From IMG/VR virus record IMGVR_UViG_3300025122_000006: a DNA stretch of 64,000 nucleotides. One strand, 5' to 3'. A model generated the notes under the pieces. That model saw only the letters and a list, made by a program, of their open reading frames with translations, was not told where the DNA came from and ran no database searches. Position numbers and translations under genes: made by a program. The first letter of the stretch is position 1. The number at the start of each line of letters is the position of its first letter. Source of the DNA: a virus. Shown here one piece after another: positions 1 through 7,900 of the stretch.

Positions 1-20
1 ATTCCGGAAACGACATTCAT
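1..20 (-). CDS. 5' end of a gene running off the window edge (ATG at 16 gives MSFPE..., ATG at 20 gives MNVVSG...)
   Basis: GGAGG SD at 25-29 and ACTAATTA motif at 37-44 on the minus strand; only the first codons are visible. Confidence 0.5.
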
Positions 21-36
21 TCTTCCTCCGCTATTT

Positions 37-44
37 TAATTAGT
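37..44 (-). promoter_or_regulatory. putative late promoter motif ACTAATTA
   Basis: Same motif at similar spacing upstream of many structural genes; a second, palindromic copy (ACTAATTAGT) lies at 96-105. Confidence 0.55.
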
Positions 45-112
45 TTAGACAAAATGAAACCTCTGCGCCACAAATATCGAAGAGCATTTAATATCACTAA
101 TTAGTTTTTTAT

Positions 113-364
113 TTATTTTCTTTTGTTTTGAATCGCTTCGATTATTTGTTTTTTGGTATTATCCATCGTAACATCGCAAGTTAATTGTTCAGCCATTTCT
201 AACAAATCTTTTTTAAGAATTTTTTTCATTTTTTTGAGAGGAGGGGTGTCGATCTCCTCCAATATATCTTCCGTTTGTATCTCGGGATTGTTACTTTTAT
301 TATGAATATTCCAGGGGATTTTGCTGTATTTTTTACTAAGTAATTTTCTTCTTTTTTTACCCAT
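113..364 (-). CDS. small basic protein with C-terminal helix-extended-helix (Rho-N/HeH-like) segment
   Basis: AGGAG SD; C-terminal LKKDLLEMAEQL..VTMDNTKKQIIEAI resembles HeH/Rho-N nucleic-acid-binding motifs. Confidence 0.55.
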   Translation of the reverse strand: MGKKRRKLLSKKYSKIPWNIHNKSNNPEIQTEDILEEIDTPPLKKMKKILKKDLLEMAEQLTCDVTMDNTKKQIIEAIQNKRK

Positions 365-383
365 ATAAACTCCTTCTCTTTCT

Positions 384-391
384 TAAATAGT
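384..391 (-). promoter_or_regulatory. putative late promoter motif ACTATTTA
   Basis: About 20 nt upstream of the ATG at 364 and just downstream of a terminator. Confidence 0.55.
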
Positions 392-397
392 TTTTAT

Positions 398-433
398 AAA
401 TAAGAAAGCCTCCGAGGACACGCCCTCGGAGGC
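398..433 (-). terminator. intrinsic terminator
   Basis: 10-bp perfect stem GCCTCCGAGG/CCTCGGAGGC (408-417/424-433), 6-nt loop, followed by TTTCTTATTT on the minus strand. Confidence 0.8.
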
Positions 434-455
434 AAAAGCAATATATTTAAATATT

Positions 456-659
456 TTATTTTCTTTCTTGATCTCTTTTCTTCATATATCTTCGGAGCTT
501 TTCCACTCTTATTCTCGCTTTCCTTTCCTTTCTCCAGTCTTCTTTAAGTTCATCCAAAGTAGGTTCTGGTTTCGGAGCAGCCTTTGGCTTAGGAGCAGCC
601 TTTGTCTTCGCAGCAGCCTTTGGTTTAGTTACAGATTTATTGTTTTCTAATTTACTCAT
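456..659 (-). CDS. small Lys/Ala/Pro-rich basic protein
   Basis: AGGAG SD; PKPKAA repeats encoded by imperfect 18-bp tandem units; basic C-terminal helix. Confidence 0.65.
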   Translation of the reverse strand: MSKLENNKSVTKPKAAAKTKAAPKPKAAPKPEPTLDELKEDWRKERKARIRVEKLRRYMKKRDQERK

Positions 660-673
660 CTTAAATTATCTCC

Positions 674-1501
674 TTATCGGTTTCCGAAGCCTTGAAGACC
701 CCATTTTACCTTTTTATAAATAATACCCACTGTACTCGCAGCAGCATGAGCGTGATATCCAAACGGCGTAACAACCTCTCCGTCATCAAACGTAAACGCT
801 TGAGTAACTGTAGGAGCAACACCATCAATTTTAAAAGTCACAACGCCAGTAGAACTAACATTGACTCTAAATGTATGACTTTCGGTATCCCCCCAATTGT
901 CAGTAGTGTCAGTGGACGTAGTACCCGCATTGTTCAGGATCGTCCCGGTGTAGATATCGCCGGAGATGCAATTAAGGAACGCTGCTTCATCATAAGCATC
1001 AACATCTTCCGGTTGGAAAGCTTCAACTTTACGGAATCCAAAAGCGACCGTATCTGCATCAGATACATCTGTTAGTTCAAATTCCATTTCCATGTAAAAA
1101 GCTCCGTGAGTACCAACAGTAAACCTATCAACACCAGGATAGCCCTTATGTGTGTTCATACTAGCAACCCATTGAATGCCTTCATTATCAGCAGCATCAT
1201 ATGAATAATCCATACCAGAAGTACTTGCCGCCGGAATTAAAATGGTTTGCCCATTTGTACCACCTTCATGAAGATTCTGTACATGAAGCCTAAGACCATC
1301 TGAATATTGATGAATAACGATAGCATTGTCAGCACCGTCTGCTACTGTAGAGTCATCATCTAAAACAAGTGGCGGTGCGCCAAACGACCCATGACAACCA
1401 CCGACTTCACCACACCAAGTAGAACCCGACATATTGAGTTGTCTTTTCATATTTTCCATTAATGCCTCTATTCTCGCGAGACCCACTCTTTTTGTTCCCA
1501 T
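674..1501 (-). CDS. probable virion decoration/fibre protein with beta-sandwich (lectin-like) domain; start re-called at 1501 (MGTKRVGLARIEALMEN)
   Basis: AAGGAGG SD before the ATG at 1501; the ORF-track extension to 1666 runs through the promoter and into the terminator; located right after the capsid gene; beta-rich C-terminus. Confidence 0.6.
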   Translation of the reverse strand: MGTKRVGLARIEALMENMKRQLNMSGSTWCGEVGGCHGSFGAPPLVLDDDSTVADGADNAIVIHQYSDGLRLHVQNLHEGGTNGQTILIPAASTSGMDYSYDAADNEGIQWVASMNTHKGYPGVDRFTVGTHGAFYMEMEFELTDVSDADTVAFGFRKVEAFQPEDVDAYDEAAFLNCISGDIYTGTILNNAGTTSTDTTDNWGDTESHTFRVNVSSTGVVTFKIDGVAPTVTQAFTFDDGEVVTPFGYHAHAAASTVGIIYKKVKWGLQGFGNR

Positions 1502-1612
1502 AGTTAAAAACCCTCCTTTTATAATCATGTCCCTGCATCGGTTTATTTCAGCGATACTAGGGGGCAGTTCTAAGACATACCCGATAACTTTGGTTGAACT
1601 GTAAAGTTCAAC
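1502..1612 (-). promoter_or_regulatory. long structured 5' leader
   Basis: GTTGAACT/AGTTCAAC hairpin (1593-1612), then a CCCU(A)GUAUCG/CGAUGCAGGG stem close to the SD. Confidence 0.45.
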
Positions 1613-1614
1613 TA

Positions 1615-1622
1615 TAAATAGT
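1615..1622 (-). promoter_or_regulatory. putative late promoter motif ACTATTTA
   Basis: Downstream of the capsid terminator, where transcription must restart. Confidence 0.55.
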
Positions 1623-1652
1623 CTAAACTTTTTAATTAAACAATAATAAAAG

Positions 1653-1678
1653 AAAAACCCCAGCATGCTGGGGTTTTT
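1653..1678 (-). terminator. intrinsic (potentially bidirectional) terminator after the major capsid gene
   Basis: Perfect palindrome AAAAACCCCAGCATGCTGGGGTTTTT about 20 nt after the capsid stop codon. Confidence 0.85.
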
Positions 1679-1700
1679 GTTTGTGAACTAACTAAATTAA

Positions 1701-3578
1701 TTAGCTGGTAGCACCGGACTCGCCAAGAAGACCACGTACAACAACAACACCGTACATATCAGGACGAACCATCTTTTTACCGTATCTTGTCATGACACCT
1801 TTACGTGGCACGAAGTCTTCAACGCCGAAGATCGTTGGAGTGGTTTGCAGAGGCACGTAAGGTGCATAAACATAACCAGACTCTAAGAATGAAGAGCCTT
1901 TACGACCGACTAGGACAACGTTTCGAGGGAAGTAAGGATCAACGATAACGTCAAACTTACGACTCAAGGAACCTACCTTAACGGCGCCAATATCGCCTTT
2001 ATCTGCATCAGCAGTAACATTTGCACGGAATCCAGCAGTGAATTCGAGAATGTTAGCAACTTCAGGAGAAACAACGACATAGTTGGCACCACCACGAAGA
2101 GTCTTTCTGTGGATTTGAGCAGAAACGTCATTGATAGTTTCAATGAGAGTTTCATACCATTCACTAACCGTACCAGTGAAGTCGGGAGCAGCAGAAGAAG
2201 CACCCAATTCAGCACCAGTCACACGATTTACGAACAATCCAGGAGAACGAGACCAATAGTAAGTACCGGCGTTAGCATCTTGTACAAGATCGTTCAAAAT
2301 TTCACGATCAATTTCAAGGGCAATCTGCTCAGAAAGAATTGAAGTCAATTCTACTTCAGCATCCAAGTTGTGATAAGCGTTCAAATCTTGTCCCAATTCA
2401 GGAGTCCACTTGGCTTTCAATTTCTTGGTAATCGCGGTGATAGCAACGCTATCTACCTTGATATCGATTTCAGGAATCACATCGACCCCTGTTCCATTAA
2501 ATGCTCCGGCTGAATTACCCGCGCCTTCAAGTCCCCAGTCTGCTTGGCCTTTAATAGAACCAAGGGCAGTACTAGTTGTGAGATCATCCCTCAATGGGTA
2601 ATGCACCGCAACAGCATTCGAGCCATCAGCAGCAAGAGTACCAGAAGCAGCTACCCAATAAAACGTAAGGTAGTATTCACCCGAGACATGAGAACTATGA
2701 CCAGTTCCAACTTTAACAAGAGCGCCGTTTTCATCGCGATAACCTTCTTCGGTCAAACGACGAATCATCGCACCAGAGGTGAGACCAAAATCTGATTCAG
2801 TTGTTGATACTGGAGAGTCAAAAATTTGAATTGCTCCAAGAGCAGATTGATTAATAAGATCTCTATCAGTACTGGAGAAAAAGACTTGAGCAGCATAAAC
2901 TCTTTTAGTAGTATCGGTATCTCCAAGAATATCCGGATCAAAGCGAATAGCTTTTTTCTGAGCCGCAGTGAGATCGGCGATTGTTGTACCAGCGTTCGAA
3001 AACGGAGTATTAGTAACCGCTGTTGCAAGATTAATCTCGCCAGCTACGGAAGTTCCAGGGTCAGCATCAGCTACTTCAGTCAAAGCACCAGTTGAACCAG
3101 TTGGAGACGAATAACTAAGATTTGCTAAGTTATACATACCGCCACCTTCTTCGGTGAGATCACTAATACCATCGACTATCCCTGATGCCACTGCTCCTCC
3201 ACCATAGATAGAATCATTCGCATCGGCACCTTGACGAGTACTGTTATATGTAAAATCAAGGAAGAAGATGAGTCCTGATGGAAGGCTCATTGGCTGAACA
3301 CTAACAAGATCGTTAGCAATCAAATTACCAAATACACGACGTACAATCGGAAATGCGACAGCAGCAAAGCCCTCAACATCCCCGGCAGCCATAGATGAAG
3401 CTTCGCGAAGAAGCTCTCTTGCTTGATTTTCTAACAACCTAGACATATTTTGTTTTTGGTTATCAGTTTGAAGGCCTTCTAGCAAACCGGTTTGAGCCCA
3501 TTTATCAAGAAGAGCACGTCCTTCTTGGGCTAGATCACGATTTACCATACCTTCGGTTAATTTTTCAATAATAGACAT
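1701..3578 (-). CDS. gp23: major capsid protein, T4 gp23 family
   Basis: gp23 motifs VSVQPMSLPSGLIFFL, KKLKAKWTPELGQDLNAYHNLDAEVELTSILSEQIALEIDREI, YAPYVPL, PRKGVMTRYG. Confidence 0.97.
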   Translation of the reverse strand: MSIIEKLTEGMVNRDLAQEGRALLDKWAQTGLLEGLQTDNQKQNMSRLLENQARELLREASSMAAGDVEGFAAVAFPIVRRVFGNLIANDLVSVQPMSLPSGLIFFLDFTYNSTRQGADANDSIYGGGAVASGIVDGISDLTEEGGGMYNLANLSYSSPTGSTGALTEVADADPGTSVAGEINLATAVTNTPFSNAGTTIADLTAAQKKAIRFDPDILGDTDTTKRVYAAQVFFSSTDRDLINQSALGAIQIFDSPVSTTESDFGLTSGAMIRRLTEEGYRDENGALVKVGTGHSSHVSGEYYLTFYWVAASGTLAADGSNAVAVHYPLRDDLTTSTALGSIKGQADWGLEGAGNSAGAFNGTGVDVIPEIDIKVDSVAITAITKKLKAKWTPELGQDLNAYHNLDAEVELTSILSEQIALEIDREILNDLVQDANAGTYYWSRSPGLFVNRVTGAELGASSAAPDFTGTVSEWYETLIETINDVSAQIHRKTLRGGANYVVVSPEVANILEFTAGFRANVTADADKGDIGAVKVGSLSRKFDVIVDPYFPRNVVLVGRKGSSFLESGYVYAPYVPLQTTPTIFGVEDFVPRKGVMTRYGKKMVRPDMYGVVVVRGLLGESGATS

Positions 3579-3602
3579 TATTTTTAACCTCCTTATAAAT
3601 TG

Positions 3603-4823
3603 TTATTTAATGCCTGCCAGTCTCTTCATCCTATCAAAGAAAGGATCGGGAGATTGGCTTTCGTTTATGTTTTGTCTCCGATATAACATAGAAGACAAGC
3701 TTGATTTATGATTAACTGATTCGCTAAGTGATTGCGGAGCTTTCTTTTTCGAAGTTCCCACTGCAGATCTTAGTGTCTCATGTAAATTTCTTGCTTCTTT
3801 TGGAGACTCCGCATTCCCGATGGCTTCGACAATTTTTAATTTTTGTCGCTCATTCAAGGAGGCATCATTTAGAGTGCGGTTTTGGTAGAGTAACTTTGCA
3901 TTTGCTAGCAAAGTCTCTTGTAATTTACTGTTTAATTTGTAAACAATATTTTCTAATTTTTTGTTTTGTTGTTTAAGCGTTTCAAATGTTTGCTGAAATT
4001 GGTCGATTTTCGACAAGGCTTCTTTGAGGTCTTCATCTTCTTCTTCCTCAAGAACCTCTTCCTCGTCGAGATGTTCATCATGAGCCTCTTGCATATCTGC
4101 TTCGTGCTCAAGAGTCGTTTTATTGGTCGTAATCCAGCCTTGCTTGGCTTCTCCCATATCGACTTCCATTTTTTCTTCGAGAACTTTTTGGATTGCATCA
4201 AGAACCTCTTGGAGCTGCAATTCCTCTTCTTCTCCTCCAAGATCGCCAAAGAGATCACCAATTTCTTCGTCTCCCCCAAGGGCTTCTATCCCTTCTGGTT
4301 CTCCAAAGGGCTCTCCCGCCGGCATTTCTGCCTGTTGTTGTTGCATCAAAGATAATTCAATTGCATCGAGATCAATAGTAAGATTTTGATCAGAATCAAC
4401 CTTATCTAAAAGAGCGGAAAGCACTACAGACTCCGTGTCGCCGTAACGAGAATCCCACGCCGGAGGGGCTTCAATTTCTTGAGGGGGAGTGGATGTATCC
4501 ATGGCAGCATTCATCTCTTCTTCTTGTAAAAGTTCGTCGTTGGTTACCTCGGACAATTCAGATTCATTAACGACAAACGGTTTATTGCCGTCAGAAACAG
4601 TCACCTTACCTCTTTCGTCCGCCTCATGAACAATTTCGATAATTCGACCTTCATATCTCATTTTTCTTTTTGCTTCTGAGACGGGATCATTTTCGAGCAT
4701 TGTTTCAACTGCTTCTTTGATTCGTGGTGCATATTTTTCAATGATCGATTGTTCGGCATTTTTAAGCGCTGCTTCTCGAAGGGCAGCGGCATCTATAATA
4801 GCCTGTTCTAACATGTTAGACAT
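3603..4823 (-). CDS. prohead core/scaffold protein (gp22-like); start re-called at 4823 (MSNMLEQ)
   Basis: Acidic coiled-coil protein directly upstream of the capsid gene; many L-x-E sites; C-terminal RMKRLAGIK; SD spacing favours 4823. Confidence 0.8.
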   Translation of the reverse strand: MSNMLEQAIIDAAALREAALKNAEQSIIEKYAPRIKEAVETMLENDPVSEAKRKMRYEGRIIEIVHEADERGKVTVSDGNKPFVVNESELSEVTNDELLQEEEMNAAMDTSTPPQEIEAPPAWDSRYGDTESVVLSALLDKVDSDQNLTIDLDAIELSLMQQQQAEMPAGEPFGEPEGIEALGGDEEIGDLFGDLGGEEEELQLQEVLDAIQKVLEEKMEVDMGEAKQGWITTNKTTLEHEADMQEAHDEHLDEEEVLEEEEDEDLKEALSKIDQFQQTFETLKQQNKKLENIVYKLNSKLQETLLANAKLLYQNRTLNDASLNERQKLKIVEAIGNAESPKEARNLHETLRSAVGTSKKKAPQSLSESVNHKSSLSSMLYRRQNINESQSPDPFFDRMKRLAGIK

Positions 4824-4856
4824 TAACATATCTCCTAGAAATTTCTGTTTCTTTAT

Positions 4857-4864
4857 TAAATAGT
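4857..4864 (-). promoter_or_regulatory. putative late promoter motif ACTATTTA for the scaffold-capsid operon
   Basis: About 33 nt upstream of the scaffold start. Confidence 0.6.
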
Positions 4865-4973
4865 GTCAATAGAAAGAAAAGGAGAATATCCTTTAGTTTA
4901 GTCGATAAGACTTAGAAGCTGAAATCCGAAATATGATGACATATTTACCTGCAATATATATACCTCTGGTTTT

Positions 4974-7900
4974 TTAACTAGTCGGAGGAGTGATATCCCA
5001 ATAATATAAAACAGCTCTTACAACACCCTGAGTTGCTGTACCTGCTGTTTCTATAACTAAATCCTGCGCAGCATTAATACCCGCAGTCGCGCCTCCGGCT
5101 GCAGAATACGGGCCAGCAGATGTTATAGCCATCGACAGCAAATCATTCAATTCATCGAGCACACCGTTATTAAGAGCACCGCCGGAAGCATCACCACCGG
5201 CAAAAAGATCATCTATGGTATCGGTTCCAATCTTAGTTATGTGGTGTCCAGCCGAGATTGCTGTTGTGACTCGAATTGATAGCGCGAGTGGCATTGCCAA
5301 GGCTGGGAAAAAATTGCTGGACGTGGTTGTTGTTCCGGAGGTTGATATGGTTATCGCCACCTCCTTGATCGTCAGGGTCATTGCGGCACCGCTCTTGCCC
5401 TCGGCCGTCATGATGCCGACACCGGCATCGTTGCGCATGTACAGATTAGTAGCTCCCGTGGCGCTGGCGTGATTGTTGACGATGAACATCAGGTTCCGGG
5501 TATCTGCCTCAGCTGAGTTGGAATCCAGCCCAATCATATTGCCGGTCGTCAGCCCGTCGCACTGGATATCTATGGCGCGAGCTGTGGTGACAGCATCAGC
5601 AACAATATCAATAACGTCAGCATCGATGTTGGCTGCTTCGATGGACATTGCAATTTGGTCTGTATCATCATTATCGATAAGGAAAGCAGTGTCGCCTCCG
5701 GCGGAGCCTTGTTCAATTTCTAGCAAAGCACCGGGGGATGAGGTACCAACTCCAACACGATCATTTGCTGCGTCGGTTCTTAGCAAACCGTTTATGTTTG
5801 TGCCTCGAACCATAAAATCAATGTCGGCATTGGATTGATTAACTTGAACGGTAGTGGATGTCCCCGCGGCAGCGTCATTTCCTCCAATATGTAAAGCTTC
5901 GGTCAAAGTAGTATTGTGGTCTCCTACTGTACTACCGGTGTGACACATTACATAAAACTTAAGCTCTCCTGCTTCGTCATTGGCAGTGACATCAGAAGCT
6001 CGCGCTAAGATTTTTGCATATTGAGTAGAATTGTCCCCTGCATCAACACCATAGAAATCAATTTGCCCCAAAGACATGTCGTCAGCCTCGGCTGTTGCGT
6101 CTGATCTATTAAATTTTAAGATTGCTGGCTTGTCTGTGGCAACATTCGAATTCCTCAATTCCAAGATGGCTTCTGTGTTGGCAGCAGTGTCTTGAAACAA
6201 AACTGTTGGGCGACCAGAAGCCATGGCGGCATCATTACGGACAGCCAAAGAGATGCATCCTGTTGCTTCAGCGTTCTCATTAACGATCACAGCGAGAGCA
6301 CGATTGTCCGTTGATGGACTGGTCGATTCAAGCCGCAGCATTTGCCCAGTAGTCAAGGCGGAGGAGGTGATGTTAACAATATAGCCTGTTGTTACAGCGG
6401 CGGCTGTGATGTCGAGAACGTTTGCATCGATGTTAGCCGCATTGATATCAACTGCAATTTGATCCGTGTCGTTGCTGTTGAGCTGGAGCAGGGGCACACC
6501 GCCGTCGTTGGCGTTGGTGACCTCAAGCGTGGCGGCGACTGCGTCCGTGCTGTCCCCGATGGAGATGCGATTGCTGCTGCCCTCGACGAACAGCATGTGG
6601 CTCTCGCCGCTGGTCTCCACCCTGAAGTCCACGTCACCACCGCCGTCGTTGATTGTCACTGCGTCCTGTGCCGCCTCAACGAAGTGCATCATCTCCAGCC
6701 CACCAGCCTCGATGTACAGTGCGTCGGGGGTGAAATTCAGGCGGGTGTTTGCGTCCCCTGTGTGCCCAACGTACTGTGCCACGGTGAGCGTCCCGGCTAT
6801 GTCGCAGGCGGTTCCCACGTACAGCTTCTTGGCGATGGACACACCCCCCTCGACCCTAAGAGCACCGGTATCACCAGAGTTGTCCGAGGCATCTGTCGTG
6901 TTAGTTATATCCACGACGCCGACGAAGGTGCTGGACAGATCATCGGAGATGGTCAGTGCGGTAGCCAGGGCGTTGAGGGATGATCCAGAGCCTCCCTCGT
7001 TTGCCGTCTGGAATACGATGTCTCCTCCGGCACCGGAGCCCTTGCCCTGTCCGCCTGCTAGCGTCAGGGATCCACCGGCTATATTGTTGGTAGTGCCTGC
7101 CGTGGTCGTCCCAGCCTGTATGACGACGGCTGTTCCTGCTGTATCATGAGCAGCAGCCGAAGTCGTGAGTTTATCGAGGGCGGTTATTGTAAGATCTCCG
7201 CTCGAGAAGGACGCGTCTGACAAGTCGTCCAGTGCCACCGAGGCCGTAACGGACAGAACAGTACCGGAGGTGAGCTGGATGTCGTCGCCGGCATCGGTCG
7301 TAAAGTAGAGTTGGTTCGGGGCAGCGTCCCTGACCCAGAGCTGGCCATATGCCGCGGTATCCGAGACAGCGGCCGACTGCTCCTTCATCGATACGGATGC
7401 AACGAATTTCGCCGATCCAGCGTTTGTTAGCCTAAGAGTCTCAGTGCCATCATCTTGCTGGAAAATAATATCCTTGGCATTAACATTTTGTTTAATAAGA
7501 AAGTCGCTAGAGCTATTTGTAAATGTTGCAATAGCAGTGCCTCCGTCTTTAAATATAATATCCGCCCCATCAGCGTCAAGAATGATATCGTTAGCAGCGT
7601 CCAATGTAATGTCAGCAGTCATTCCACTTGTAAGTATTATATCTCCGCTGCCGGCAGCAACGCCGGAGCCAGATATTTCTAAAGCACTACTGTTGTTCTT
7701 GAATGCTCCGATTAAAACACCGCCATCTTTAAATAGAATATCTGCACCATCAGCATCAAGAATGATGTCGTTAGCAGCGTCCAATGTAATGTCAGCAGTC
7801 ATTCCACTTGTAAGTATTATATCTCCGCTGCCGGCAGCAACGCCGGAGCCAGATATTTCTAAAGCACTACTGTTGTTCTTGAATGCTCCGATTAAAACAC

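Noticed and set aside
1502-1666. 55-aa N-terminal extension of ORF 674..1666
   Set aside because: It starts inside the terminator palindrome and crosses the promoter motif; a strong SD supports 1501.
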